In this document: positions 23,289-38,300 of the stretch, piece after piece | Layout of the letters: each line of letters opens with the position of its first letter | Numbering within the stretch: position 1 is the first letter of the stretch | Source of the DNA: Phoronis australis | Lineage: Eukaryota > Animalia > Phoronida | DNA: 64,000 bases | NCBI GenBank assembly: GCA_002633005.1 | Contig: NMRA01000002.1 | Location: 2,135,756 to 2,199,755 of the forward strand | Direction of reading: 5' to 3' | Notes under the pieces: model-generated | What the model was told of the DNA's origin: nothing | Seen by the model: the letters and a program-made list of their open reading frames with translations, nothing else | Database searches by the model: none | Translations under genes and position numbers: made by a program

Positions 23289-25227
23289 ATTGGGATTATT
23301 TATTTCCATATAGGGCATGGCAAAATAACATAGAATTAGATCAAATTCTCAAGTTAATAGGCCTATTAAAATACACTGTTAGACCCGTTCAGCCGAGCTT
23401 GCGGAATTTTTGTTTTGTTCCGGAATCCGGAAAACACTATGACACCGAGATTCTCTTGTTATTTTGACAAAAATCGTAGTAATCAGAAATGATAAAATAT
23501 TCTCAAGTGATACTTGTCGTTTGGACTTGTAGGTGCAGTAAACTGGCGAAAAAGGAAGGGGTTTCTTAAATTTTCAAGTGAGTCATATAAAAGAAGTTCA
23601 TAATTACATGAATTACCAAAACTATTTTATTTGCAAAAGGCGCCTAAACATGAGCGGAATGTACGTGTTCTATGAACCAAAATAAATTTTATATCATCTC
23701 ACTTTACTCGCAATCGACGGTGAAATTGTTCCAGAAAGCATCAATGACGAGACAGGCTAGTGAATAATTCCACCTCGTTAGAGCATATGCGCGCAGATGT
23801 GCCTATATCCGAATTAACACCTCTTTCCAAGGTACACAATTTTCGCAAGTATTTCGCGTGTAGACGCACGCGCTCAAGCTTCTTGTATAGACACAGGTGG
23901 TTACTCCATACAAAAGCACGTGTGGCAGTTTTCTATTGTTACGAGTCCAATTTTGATGCTTTTCAGGTAAAGAAAAGACATGCATGGTAACAGATAAATC
24001 TAGTAGCTTCACTCACTTGATGCAGCATAAGAAAAAAACCCGGAAACTTGGGCGCATTTGTGGTGTAATTTATGATATTCACTGCGAGGGGGTCGATTTG
24101 GTCAGTTCTATGGACGAGACTGAAACTCTGAAAAGAAGCATGTATCACCATAGAAGAGCTTCTGACGTGAAGGAATTTTGTTTACATACAAGTATCGTTT
24201 GCATGAATTTGACACATGAGTTTCATAATGAAAATGTTGAGATTCTGTACAGAAAAGCAATTTGTTCGACAAAGGGTAACAGGAAGCTATATACATCTAA
24301 GCCATAAGTTATTTCCTCAATACGCTAGATACCAACAGATGTAATTTGTCGCCTCCACGAAAGTACTAGAGTATTGGTTGTGTCACCAGACAAACAAGAT
24401 CCTGCGTGACTGGAGTTCCCGAGGATCTAGGAATCAAGGTCTAACAGACCAGATCCAGGTATTAAAAGTATATTCAATTCGTGTTCGTCGAAATGAAGCT
24501 GGTTATGTAAAACCAGAGGCAATCGTATTTAGCATTTTCGAAGTTTGTATTGAATCTTTATTAACAATCCGTGAAACTCACAGCCCAACAAGAACGTGGA
24601 AATTTTCCTGGCAGGCACAATAATTGACTTCTTCAAACTCATCCTAACCCTTTCCGTCCGATGCTGTTATTTTCGTCGTGCGGCCCAAGCTTAGAATACA
24701 AAATGTTTCGTAGCAGAGATTTCTGACAAAGCTCTCACCAATCGGAGGCCCAGTCATGAGAACTGTGGGACTATTTCACACGGTGGATTCCGGGTCCACA
24801 TGAATCGATGTAATTAATTTCTCAATTTTTGGCAACCAAATTATCGATGACGTTATCACCTTGACAATGAATTCGTCGTCAGTCGACTCGCTGTAGGCGG
24901 GAGTTGGTATTTCGACGCCATGATCGACCAGGGTGGTGGCAGGCAACAACTGTCAAAACTGCACAAATTGCAACAGTTCTTACATAATTTTTCATTGGAG
25001 TTCATTGTACTCGAATTGAATCATATCTGCTGGACAATTCTCACAAAATAAAACTCTGGTTAGGAACCTCACGTAAAATCTCATCCCAGGAAGAGAAGAA
25101 CGAGCTCCGTTCAAAGTGTCGTCTGCTTTGGATGAGAGTTAACGTAAGGTTGCTAACCAGACCGAAATCTTGTGAGAAAGGAAGAGACGAAGGTTTCCGT
25201 TAATCTTCAGTACCACCTTCCTTTTAA

Positions 25228-26873
25228 AGGAGAATGCCACCTGATTTAATTAGTCTTTTTTACCATCTGAATCTGTCTATATCCACACCGCCTCTTATAC
25301 GGTCGACCTCTCCTTGCCGAGAGGTGTCGCGTTAACCTGTGAGGAAGATGGGAAACGACGCAGCGACGTCAGTGGTTCGTCTGCAGAGTGAATGCCGCTA
25401 TATTGCGGTGCATCGTTCCCGCTTGTTCGAACTATGACGCTGCGAAGAAAGCAAATATATCGTTTTTTCGACTTCCTCGAGAGCCCGAAATGCTTAGGAA
25501 GTGACTCGTGGTAGTGAAGAATGAAAGGTACGCTGTTAATAGCAAGTATGAGGCCGTGAAACATCTCCGTGTCTGTGCCGGGCCGGCATTTCGTCGACAG
25601 TGATTTCTCTGACGAATTCCGGCTTACCAAAGAACTATCCATACATTCCGTTGCCTGTGCATGTTCACGGCACCCCTGTAGTATTTCTTGATCAGTGTAT
25701 TCCGGTTCGTATTGATAGCCTGTGAAACCTACCGATCTGACCCGTGAAGTCTTCGTCGGATGAGCTCTTGGCTAACTATAAGTCGGGATTGGCGCCGCCG
25801 GGACGAGATGCCATGTACATGTAGACGTTTATTATTCAGCGTTCTGTTTCAAAATGAATTATTCTCACCCTAACCAATGTTTATATAAAACTGAAACAAA
25901 GTTTGTCTTATTAGATACAATTTGTAATGCCTTTACAGTATTCGTGAGTGCAAATGCTGAGAAGCCACAAATGAATAAACCACTGCGATACCGGCACATG
26001 CTAATTCAGTGTTTGCTGACAGAAAGCTGTCACAGTTTTGAAACAATCACTCGATTTTATATGGTATGGTCACCTGTTAGAGGAATCTTTATTTAGAAAT
26101 ACAAATACAGTATTCAAATCATTGTTACTGTACAACCTTTAAAACCTTTGCCCTGGCAGTTTGTGGAAGGGGAACCCAACTTCGCGGCCCCCGACAAGTA
26201 AGTAGATTTTCAGTTTCGGGTTGCTAATTCACATAAATAATTACGTGCACATTACTTCTTTGACCCACAATTATAGTCTTTTCGTAACTGGAGGTTTAGT
26301 TTCCAACTCAAGCACGTTTATGTTCGTGCCAGTCCCAACGGCCGCGACGGACCTGATCGGGTTCAGAGCCACTGGCCGGGATAACAAGCGTCGGTTTTGT
26401 GTGTTTAGAACTCTAAAAATCACAAGTCTAAACAACACAGTTCTAGGTTCTCTTGTCAGTATTTCACGGAAGAATACTTCGAATTTATCTCCGAACAGAT
26501 CCCAAACTCCTGCTACGGAACTTGGTAACTTGGCCTGCCGAACTTTGTAGGCTACGCCGTGTCCAAACACCAATAAATCCGTAAATAAAATAAAACGTTT
26601 ATATAAGAACTCGGTGTATTTGTAAGGGCTTTACATCGAAGTTTGGTGATTTATTGGTGTTAAACGATGAATTCAAGCGATAAGCTGACACCAGTAACCC
26701 GTGTTGTGAACTGCTGAACAGACTGCGTGTGAAACCAATGATGTCATTGGATAATTTCAACACCGTCGTCTGCCGTCAGGTGTCAGGTAACGCAACCGAA
26801 CGTGCCGTTATCGAGTAGAACTACTCGATCTAAATTGATACAAAATAGGTTGTTTTTTGGGTGGCAATCTCCT
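25228..26873 (+). mobile_element. Non-autonomous Kolobok-like DNA transposon with a decayed THAP domain
   Basis: TTAA|AGGAGAATGCCACC ... GGTGGCAATCTCCT|TTAA, i.e. a TTAA TSD and a 14-bp TIR with one mismatch. About 25391-25655 reads CIVPACSN...SFFRLP...RK*L...LRVC..HF..SDF, a broken C2CH THAP. Confidence 0.78.
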
Positions 26874-28384
26874 TTAAAGGAAGTGTGATACGCCGTGGTT
26901 CTAGGAGTTTACTTTTGTGAGTGTTATTGAGCACACCAGATTTAATTCGAATACAATAAACTTTCCTGGATGAATCCACAACTACATTCCTGGGTTTCAT
27001 TGAGGTTCGTTTGCACTAACTTTTTGAACCCTCATATTTGGACAGTTTGTAAAGCTTCCCGGCTAATAAACTGTCGTTATTTTCCTTTGCTATGATTTTT
27101 AGTTTCGCCAACCACATAGAAGTACATAAGTTACATCATGAATATTTTAGATACTTTGTGGACGGCCCACGAAGTTCTTTACACAATGATAACATACAGT
27201 ATGTGGAAACTGACTAAAATAAAAATACATTTAAACGCCGCTTGGAGGGCTCCAAGGATATTTTCCTTCGAAAAATATTTGGATTGCCCCTTATAGCATC
27301 CTAGAGCGGGGGGGGGGTCGCCCACACTGAACGGTGACTTACAGGATGCGGGGATACAGAAAGGTGCGTACTCTCCAATAATTTACAGGTTTGAAGGGGA
27401 AGCCTTCGTTGTAACCGACGAGTGTTGGGTGCGGGGAAGTCGAGAAAAGAAAAACGGCAAAACAAGTAGAAGAGAGAAAAAAAATTAGAGAACATCTATC
27501 ATTACATCAGTGCTGGATTGCCCTTTGGGGACCTTAGTAAGGACGTTTTTATTTGGAAGGGGCCCCAGTTTTTAAAAAAACGACACATCAAAAAAGTGTG
27601 AGAAAAATATATACGCAGATTTTCCAATGGCATGTTTCTAGGGATCGTTATTAGTTTAACGATAGGTGCATGCATGTTAGTACCACACGATTTAAACTAG
27701 CATCAACTCAAAAGGTTTTATAACGAATAGTTTTCAACATTTACAAGAAGGAAATAAGACATGACTCATAGAGACCCTGCTCTAGGCACCCAAAAATTAG
27801 CAGGTCTAGTCTACTTCTTTGCTTGATGACCGTGTTCAGGCTATCACTGAAAACAACCAGAAGTCACGTTAACACGAACAAAATCTGAAAATGTCTTTAG
27901 ACAGTACCCCCACCGTGGGACAACCCATCTTAAGGCCTCTCCCGGTTGCACGTCAAATACAGTGTGTTTGCGTGCACTCATCCCAAAATTGCCAAATTGC
28001 TCATTACCTAAATCGCGGATTTGTAACTTGCTTGCTACTTCAACAACGGTTAACTCAAAATGCCCAATATGTTTTTTTATAATTTCTTTTATCGTGTTGC
28101 CATGTCAAGATTATTACCCTCCGGCAACGTCAAAAAGTATAATAGTTGGCGCTGGACTGTCCCCGACTCATTTTGAAACGGATTACAGAAAACAGAAAAG
28201 GAGACGGTAACAGATGCACTGTGCAGTGCTCGAAATGTCCACAAATCTTGGTTTAACAACACAACTGGCCACACACATGTTAAAAATAATATTCATCATG
28301 AAGGCGCACAATACTACATTACTGACAGCGACTTTTACCACTTGGGTGCTGCGGCCTGTTGTGTATTGTACCATGACATACAAT

Positions 28385-29893
28385 AGCGGATTTGCAGCGA
28401 CGCCATATTGAAATTAGGTTAAAATGGTGCATTGTGGGTGTTGTGGTCAGGATTCCGAAAGCGGCCATAGTATCAAGCATAATACGCGGTATGAGCGCGA
28501 AGAAAACTTACGGCGGATACACTTGTTGTGTTCCTGGCTGCTTCAAAAACAACAAGAGAGATAAAAATCTGAGTTTTTATGTGTTCCCTGCAAACCAAGA
28601 ACTTCGTGAAAAATGGATAGACAACATTAGGAGAGCTGGGAGTAAGGGGAGATTTAGCGCATTCAAACCAACGCTGAGCCATCTACTAGGCAACACGTAG
28701 CCCCTCGGTTGGCCATATAGGGGCTACAATACTTCCATTCGCTTTCTGTACTCATTTCGTTACTTCAGTGTATTTTAAACGGGTCGTGACCGGATTTGGA
28801 TTACCGATTTCGAGTTTTCATCTCGTCAAAAATACATTCTACACTTAAAACTATCATTTAAAAAAACGCTTACTTTCATCATTGGTCCTTTCTACTTCTA
28901 TACATATCGTAAGCTTAGTTGTGAGAATTAAGTTGACTTTGGCGAAGAATTACATCACTTTTTTGGTTGCCGTTAATTTTATCACCGCGTGCGCGATAAC
29001 CATAAAGCATGTCAACTGAATCACGTGAGTTAGGCAAACTTGAAGGTTAGCGCGAGACTCGGCGAAGCGCGTGACGCTAGCGCGTGACACTTGTAAAATA
29101 GCATGAGAAGGTATCGGGTGAAACTTGTAAGATGTGTGTCTCTTAGACTTTTTATTCGTCAACATGCGTAATTTCACGTAACTTCCTCAAAATGGCACCC
29201 GGTAACTGAGAGAAACTCGAGCAAATGCGACAGATTTTCATCGAGTGTTCAAGTTTTGCTGACTAAATTGTATTCAGAGTCGTGGTATGTGATAATTATT
29301 TATAACTCCGTGTTCCTATATGTATGGTTCATTTGATTTTATTTGCTGTATTTTGAAACGAGTAACTTTTTGTGAGGATGTACCATCGCCCCTGAATGCC
29401 TGCGGCATCCAGTGCGATGTAATTGCCTGGGGGCCATCGTGTGTGCAGCGAACATTTTCCTGGTGGAAAAAAAGACGTATGAGAACAACATTCCGACGGA
29501 GTTTCCTCTTAAAATTCACGTCTCTAGCATATCCACGGCGAAAGCTACAAAAGTTTAGCAACCCAAGAACTATCAACTTGTCTGAAATCGGAGGAGATTT
29601 CGAAATCAACGCCAAAGGGGCCAATACTGAACATGACGACAGTCGTGCCCTCGGTCACACGGTCACTGATCATACATGTAGCTACGCTGTGTTTACGAAC
29701 GAGAGAGAGAGGACTTGCTTGGTATTATAAAGCAAAAAAATGAAACATGGTTTTTAGTTTGCAAGTCACTCCAAATGCACACACTATCCAGCCTGCTCAA
29801 GACATGCCTGACCACAAGCTATCCCATGAGCCTTCGCGCAGGAAGTAACTCGCACATGCGCAATGCGTAGTTCGTTTGCGCTGCAAATCCGCT
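28385..29893 (+). mobile_element. TIR DNA element with a truncated THAP ORF (ISL2EU/Harbinger-group-like)
   Basis: AT|AGCGGATTTGCAGCG ... CGCTGCAAATCCGCT|AT perfect TIR. The ORF from 28491 reads MSAKKTYGGYTCCVPGC...SFYVFP...REKWIDNIRR, the THAP N-terminal half, and ends before the final C-x-x-H. Confidence 0.75.
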
Positions 29894-31488
29894 ATTACTG
29901 ATTGTGGAGTGAATTGAATCGTTTCAACTGGACTTACGTGATTAATATGTCCTAGATTTTCGGGTTCTCCGGTCCAATTCGAAGGGAAGATGGCAACTGC
30001 GTCCTGGTCATTTTCAAGAGAGGCGTTGCTTTAGTCGGCCAGCGACAGTTCATTCACGTATCGCACTTCACTTTTCACTATGACAGAATATCGCTAAATC
30101 TCACGAGATCTTATCGGTTTGTATACGCGCGAAATAAGCCGCGGAAAAAAGTTCGTCATCGTTGTAATTGAAGAGTTTCGTAGCAGATATGATTACCTTC
30201 TTAAAATGGTAATTATAATCCTTGTAAGTGAGAATTCGTATTTGTCGACTGGTTTATGTACCAAAAGAAAGACTTATACTTGGGGAATGCCCAGTCACGG
30301 AATTCCCGAGTGGAATGGCGACGCATGCGGACGATGTTGGGGTACCTTTAGTATTAATTGAAGCAATTTTAAAACGACATGAAAATATCATTGAAACGGT
30401 GTTGTTATCACTATGTGAACATAAAACGTTCACGAGGACCTTTTAATCAGATAATCAAGTAAGTCAATTTGAAAAGATTCCATTCACTGCACAATGGATA
30501 TACCTGAATGGATCAAGTCTTCTATATTATTCACTTATTGACTTTCACCGACGTCAATATTTCGATTTTCAAACCTCAAAAAATGCGATAATGATCGAGC
30601 TCGTTGCGTTTTTTGGATCTAAAAATCAATATCTTCACCGAGAGTGAAAATGTAAAATTATTTGCTTCATTACAGGACTACATCCACTGGGTAATAATCA
30701 TGAAATGAAGTAATTACATTTATGTTTGGTCTTTCGATCGTATTCATTCTTCGGTCATTATAATTGTCAGTCTGTGATCATTTCTTACCCGAAAACTTTG
30801 CGGAGAGATTTCGAAAAACTCCCAGGTATTTGGAATGGGCAAAGGAATTATCGATTACAGCGGTGAAACCTCGCCTAATTGTTACACGTAGACACCAACT
30901 GTCTCGCGACCCTTATCACTGTCATCTGAAAATTCCATCTTCATTAAATATCATCGAGGCGCATGCTTGCCGGGTTGAGGCAATTTCAGGATTATAATTT
31001 GAGTGGGCATATGCTCCGCTGGCGCATTTCCGGATGTGAGGTGGAGTACACACGCTCCTTCGATACAATATTCGTCGTTTTCCGCACGGCAGTATAAAGC
31101 ACATACAAAAAGTAAAGATCTTGATAAGGCCACAGGGAAATGCATGGAGTACGCTAACTTTCATTACGTTTTCGCAGCGCCCTCTTGTGACCAGAAAGAA
31201 AACTTTTGCCTGGCAAAAATGTCGAGTCATCGGCGAAAAAAAAATCTTTCGAAACTTCAGTCACAAAATAGGAAAGTTTCTTATCCGCAGTTATCGAAAA
31301 CGGTCGTATTCATTGGCTAATTAGTTCTCAAAAGTTGACTAATCTGATGTTATTCAAGGCACTTCTTGGTGAAGAACTTCCTTAACAAATCAACGTTAAC
31401 CGACGATCCCCAACCATTGTGTGTATGAACAGAAGAACAAGTGAACGGCGTCGCACATCACCCACTCCTTTGCCAGTGAAAAGCAACC

Positions 31489-31565
31489 TCTCTCCCATCC
31501 TCCCTCTCTCCTCTCCTTCCCTCCTCCCTTCCTCCCCTCTCTCGCTCCCTCCCTTCCCCCTATCT
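31489..31565. repeat. CT-rich polypyrimidine tract
   Basis: About 75 nt composed almost entirely of C and T, roughly 0.8 kb upstream of the gene B start codon. Confidence 0.7.
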
Positions 31566-32324
31566 CGTGTATGATAAAAGTTTAGCCGTATTTAAATCAC
31601 AAATAAAAATGCAATTCAGCGGTCGTTAAACGTTTCAAAATTCATTTATACTGAAATGATTGCCGTTTCCTAATTGTTTACAGGCCTTGTTACAGACACA
31701 CTACACCATGATTTGGATCTACGAGTGTTTTGTTGGGACAGTTTTGATTTTTGCTTTAATTTGTTATTTTCGTGAGGTATCAAGGTATCAGTATAGCTCA
31801 TTGAAAATATTCTTTTAATGAAATTAAACCCCCGGAATGAAACAGGTCCAGCTAATCACGACTGCCAGACCTGTGAGCTGCTAAGCCTAACTATAGTCTA
31901 TTTTATTTAACGTATTTGACGGATTTGTACAGATAAGATTCTATCTCCATGTACTGATGTTTGTCCAAATCTGAAATTATATAACTTATTTCTCGCAAAG
32001 GATCATTGACAGTGTTCGCAATCCCAATTGCTCACCCGTAAATTATCGGTCATAATACGGAGTGCCTTCCTTTCTTGAAAAATTACACAAAATTTATCGC
32101 TAGGTTACCGATTTAATTAACGATGGAACCAGATATGCCGAAGAAAACTTTAAAAAAAAAATATCCGGAGGCACTCTTACCGACCTTCAGACCTTGACAA
32201 CCGATAGTGTTATCTTATTCAAAATACTGTCATCACCTTACCTAACAGCGAGCAAAGGTGTGCACAAGAGGATCAGTTTCCAAAGTTTTCTTCAATTTCT
32301 AATGTTTAATGCTTGATCAGCAAA

Positions 32325-35300
32325 ATGAATTTTGACGAAATTCTTCAAAGTTTGGGGACATTTGGCCGTTATCAAATGCGCATTTACTTTTTGCTTTGCC
32401 TACCGGCCATTCCGACTGCAATGCACATGCTTGCGTCTGTTTTCATCGCCTACACGCCGAAATTCAGGTAAGCGGTTACATCTTTACCATCAGTTGTGCG
32501 GTCCGCTCACAAATGAGATTCTTTGAATATCCCCTGCATGATAATTCAGTAATCCTGCCCGTAAAATATAGCATTTGCAAGAGTATCGTAGCTTCCTTTT
32601 TGAAGAAACAAATTCTTAATGAATTATTTTGGAAGCTACACTCCGCGCCCATATTGATAACTGAATATCTTTTGATATGTATACTGTGTACTTACCGTTG
32701 TTAGTTTTGGGACCTTCGTTATGTGTGAAGCAGTTGCTCAGACTGATTACGCAATTAATATATTCATGCAGCATCCCGATATAGACTTTTTTGACTTTTG
32801 TTTGTGGAATGATTTTTGGTAAGTTTTTACTAGTTAAAGTTATCTCAATGTCAAAGATGAATGTTGACCGTGACAACTATGCAACATGTGTTCAAAATAA
32901 CATTGTCTATTTCGTGTATATTGTTATTTTCTAGAGTCCACTTTCTTAGGAACATAAAAATCGTAAAAATGTGACACTTTTAATGTCCCTTGTTTACGAT
33001 AACGTACACCACATGTATCAGGATCACTAACTTTTACTTTCTGAAGAAAAGAGTTTATTTCAAAACTTTTATGGAAAGTAATACGCTGCAACCAATGTGA
33101 TGAGCTATCCATTCTACATTTCAAATCTAACGTGATAGATGCTTGCCCATTTTTCAATTTTCTGAAAACCTTTATTTGCAAATGTAAATTTCGGATAGAT
33201 ACTTGGAGTAGTTTATCGCATTTTCGTAAATGTCATTTCATTCTGAAACGTATCAAACGACATCAAAGGTCCAACAAATTAAAAGTTTGTCCCCAGCAAG
33301 GTTCAGGGACCCATATTATAAAACTTGTATTTATAGGGTAGAAGTCTTTTGAATTATTGAACTTATCTTCCTAATAGATTAGCTAGTCATTTATACCTGT
33401 ATAATCTCTCTGGTTCAATTTCTTTTTCTATTGCTATTACACGCTGTTACGTTTCGCATTTCTGTAGCACTCTTGGTTTTTAGACTTAAAACTAGTTTTG
33501 AAATAATCAAGTATGCGGATTACTAATGAGTTTAATTATTTATCTTTTGCTCCTGGTATAATTATGAAGAACTTACAAAGGACTTTTTAACGATATGGCA
33601 TTTGTGCTATTCGGTTGAAAAAACGGCGGAGTTGAGAAAAGTTTTAATGACTGTACGTTCCAATAGCATGTACTCACACTGGAATAAACGAATCTAAAAA
33701 CAACACTCACGCATGTGCTTTCACACTTTCACAAGATCGGAGTTGGCATTTCAGGACTAAAGTTCGGTGAACGTACCAAGAGTAGCGTACATGAAATAAT
33801 ATCCCACGAGACCTTGTCCCACGTATTGACCCAGACCGAAACGTTTTGTATTAACAATATACACTTTGAACTCTTAGTTTCTTTTATTTTTTGGCAGATT
33901 TTGTAAAAACTTTTTCTATATAAAAATAATTGCAGGCGGTCTGATACACGTTGTACCAGACGTGCGCAGGCCTCGCATGTGGGCCCACTGCACTGATCAC
34001 ATGGAAATATTTTTATGCTTTATTAATGTATGGTTAAAACCGAGCTGAGGAGCTAAAAATCTGGCTCAATGGTTCAGCAGTGTGACCTGGTGGGACCTGG
34101 TGGGACTCGAACCCACGACCTCGAGTAATGAAAGCGGGCACTTATCAACCAGGCAACACTGTCCCCTCTTGTAAAAACATTACCCAGACTGTACATTGTA
34201 TGTATATCAGTATAATGCGTCTTGTCTGTCTAGGTTTGTTTAAACTTTTTATTCGTTTATCTTTTTTGTTTATCTTACCCACCCCTTGTGAGTTTTTCAC
34301 TCGCGCATTTAAATGTACTTTTATGTCCAACATCAACCAGTTTTCTGCTGACGCAGCTTTTGATCCTGCTTATCTATTTTCTAGTTAAGGAGGTGAAAAT
34401 GTACTTCACTTCTGTCGCATATACAAGTCCCTTGATTGTGGCACCGAGGCTACAATTACCAAATCTCATTTTTTGATACAGAAGGGGTTAAATACTTTCT
34501 TGAATATATCTAGTAGTTTAACTGTGTTAAGTATTATAATTCAATCACTTAACGCAAAATTCATTCAATTCGAATCATTCCTGCACAGCATCCACTCTTG
34601 ATTAAAGAATTACATTTCGACGTCCTCTTAATTCAAGAACCGTGGTTAACCACTACCAGTTGCCTTTCAGTCTTTCAAATTGATAGCTATAACATGTACT
34701 TCAAACCTGGGCCCGGTCTCCAATCTTTTTACTCGAAATGGAACTCGAAAATAGGTTTGGCATTTTCTACTCTTCTTTTGGGCGAACTCAAGATAAGTGT
34801 CTATTATTCAATGCACAATAACTTACGTAGATAATTTATTGCCCTCAGTTCACAGTTTGTTAGCCCAATATTAAAGCAATAAGTTCGAGTTTGAACTCGA
34901 AATTTCGAGTTTTTACTCGCGTTTGTAGCACGATTATAAGGGTCTTCAAGGGCAAACTTGAACTAGAAACTCCTATGCATAAACTATAATGTATTCGAGC
35001 ACAGTCTGATAACCAATTATCTTAAGTTCGCACAAAAAGAGCAGAGAAGTTGCCAAAAATAGTTTCGAGTTCATTTCGAGTACAAAGATTAGAGACTGGG
35101 CCCTGATCTGGCTCGTGTTCAACACACGGTGGCCTTATCACTTACATAAATGACAATCTTCCTGTCAAAAATTTCAAGCTCTTGATACTTATTAGACGTT
35201 CGAATGCCTACTCACATTTATCTCTATTAAAAATAAAATCATTTGCTTCGGTAACTTTTTACAGACCACCGACTTCACACCTTAGAACTATTGGCATGTT

Positions 35301-38300
35301 TCTTGAAGAGTTCTGTCCCACCATCGAAAACTTTCGAAATCACCGTGAAACACTGATTTTAGGTGGAGATTACAACTAAATCTGCTAGAGACACAAACAA
35401 ACAATAAAGTTCGAACATTCCTGAATTTCATGACTAATCTCAATTTAGGACCTTCCAATACACACGCCACAAGTCTCAGCTCAACCTCAGCAACTCTAAT
35501 AGATAACTTCTTTACATCAACAACATACGGTCACATTCATACACACTCTAGTATTCTTCTATCTCAGATTTCAGACCACTGTCCTATCTTCATTGCTTCA
35601 AAAACTATAAAGAAACTCCGCACTAAACGCCCTACGTTCGTTTCAAAATATTCTTACACACCGCAAACAAAAGCTCACTTTCTCAATAACTTGCGAAACT
35701 GCAACATTATGGAAAAGCTGAACCTCAGATTAGATTGTGACCCCAATCACAATTACGCAATACTAAGTGATGCTTTAACAAATCTCACGAAAAAAACACT
35801 TTGGTCCAAAAAACATTATATGTAAACAAACACACCGGCGCTACCGAAATAAACTACAAACAAACCAAGGCAACCCCTCGCAACACACAATCCTACCCTA
35901 TATTCCATTACCACCTTAAAGTATACAACAAGATTCTCAAAAAGCTATTGATTCTGCCAAGCAATCTTACTATCATGACACATTTGAAAAAGGGAAGTCT
36001 GACATGAATAAATCATGGGATACAATAAAGACAGTTATGAACAACGGCGTGCGAACAAAAATAGTAACCCAGAATGTCTCTTACATTCAGATAAAATTAA
36101 AACCAGTGATCTACTCGAACTGGCGAGTTTATTCAACTGCTGCTTTACCCAAATCGGCTAATCCCTTTCTGAATCAATAACTATGACAAACAATAAGAAT
36201 TTGAAAGGCTATCTTCCCGCGCCAAACAAATTTAAATTCTCTTTCAAACAAATTAATCATAAACATATACTATTTACTATAAGAGACATGGACGCAAAAA
36301 TGGTACTGGTCATGACAAATTATCATCTAAAATTATCAAAATAAGCCGCTCTTTAATAATTGAACCTCTCACGACCATCATCAACCAATGCTTGCACTCT
36401 GGTACATTTTCAGATGCCCTCAAGGTGATACTGTTTTTAAACAACATGGTTTGGACCCAGAGCACTCTTGCAATTATAGACCCATATCTATTATCCCAAC
36501 AATCTAAAAAGTTATAGAAAAATTATCCACACACAACTTTCAACTTTCCTAAATGAAGATGATATTCTTCATAAACATCAATATGGCTTCAGGAAATGTC
36601 ACTCTACAGAACTTGCTTCGCTTGAGCTTTTAGACCGCACTTGTTCCCATCTTGATAATGACATGAGTCCCCTGGTCATAATTCTCGATCTCTCTAAAGC
36701 TTTCGCCACAATAGACCACCAAATACTTTTAAAAAAGATGAATCACTATGGTATCACTAGAGTTGAATGTACAGTATTTAAAAAACATTATTACCCAATA
36801 TGTTTCACTGAGGGATGCAACTTACCAATATCTACCGGAGTTCCCACAAGGCTCTGACCTTGGCCCACTTCTCTTCTTAATTTGCATCAATGATCTCCCG
36901 TTTTCTTCTCCCACGGACACACTTCTTTATGCTGGGGACACTTGCCTCGTCACACCTTACAAACTGACAGAATCTTTCCAACACATTTTACAGCAATCAG
37001 CCGCCATTAACAACAACCTTAAATCTATTTCAGTCTGGTTTTCCATGAACAAACGTTCAATTAATGCATCGAAAAGTAAACTAATGATCTTCCACTACCT
37101 CCAAAAGAAAATTGAAAAATGCATTATTCCCACAATTTATGTAAATAGCAAAGTAATATAACAGCCTCATTTCAAACAAACTTAACAATCTCGGTGGACT
37201 CGTATATAAATTGAAATATCTTCCTCTCCCAACTCCCAAGTTAATATATAATTCACTTGTTCTCCCACGTTTAAACTACGGCATTACAACTTGGGGTTTT
37301 GGCAATACTAAGAAACTCCACACAGCCCAGAAGAGAATTTTTGGAATATATCAAGTTCCAGTTACAATGCTCGCACTCTGCCCACATGTAAGAATGGTAT
37401 TAATCAAAATGAAGATCAATGATTTACAAGTGAGGGAAAATGAACATAAATTTTACTGATTTAAAGATGTTTTAAATGAATTGTGCGTCTTATTTTTCAT
37501 AGCGTATAAATGTCGGAACAGTGCTGTTTGTTAAACATGGTATTATTGCGCGTGCTCATTTAAGTATTCTGTTTTCACATTCGATGAAGTTACCTGCTTA
37601 ATGGCGCAGCGGTTAACTCTTGCGAAACGGGTTCGAAACCGTCCTCGAGTTCCCGCCCAAAATGTTATACAACGCTCGTTGAATAACTAAATGGGTTATT
37701 TAACGGCTGCATTGGCCGTGTCAGGCTGATAATGTGGTATAAAACACCTATTAACTCAAGTGCGAAAAGTCACGGTGCTCACACATGAAAGACGTGTGGT
37801 TTAACCCTTCAGTGTTTACTTCGCACACGAAACAGATAACACGTGCAAATATACGGTGTAAATACATGCTGATAGCCTGGGTGCGAAGTTGTATGCTAAA
37901 TATAGAGCTTTGGGCCGATGTGAGGAAAAATAACCAAATAAAATCTGACGCAAAATTAGTGACATTAAAAGCTACAATCTTCTTTTAGTAAGCTAAATTG
38001 TTTACAGGTGTTGAAAATTCAGCTGTTCTTCTTCCACGAGGTTGCGTAGGTGTCACAGCGACTTGTCGCAACTGGTTTAATTACGTTATAAGTTTTTAGT
38101 ATTTTAATACCAGCAAACCGAATTTTAGAACAAACTTTGTTGCTGCGAATTTGCCATCATTTCCCCAGAGATGTCACAAAAATTTAGGAATTGACGCGTG
38201 CGTGTTTCACGAGCTTACTGTTTTCAAAATGACATGCTTTTCATTGTTACAAAAGGCGGAGAATTGTGCTAGAAAATGACGTTTATTAGATTGTTTTTCA

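Noticed and set aside
30764-30997. Third THAP remnant (VCDHFLPENF)
   Set aside because: Only a short C..HF-like motif, with no upstream CxxxC and no TIRs found. Too weak to call.
34089-34160. tRNA gene (also 37597-37650)
   Set aside because: A and B boxes are present, but there are no complete acceptor or anticodon stems, and a body and tail follow. Called as SINEs instead.
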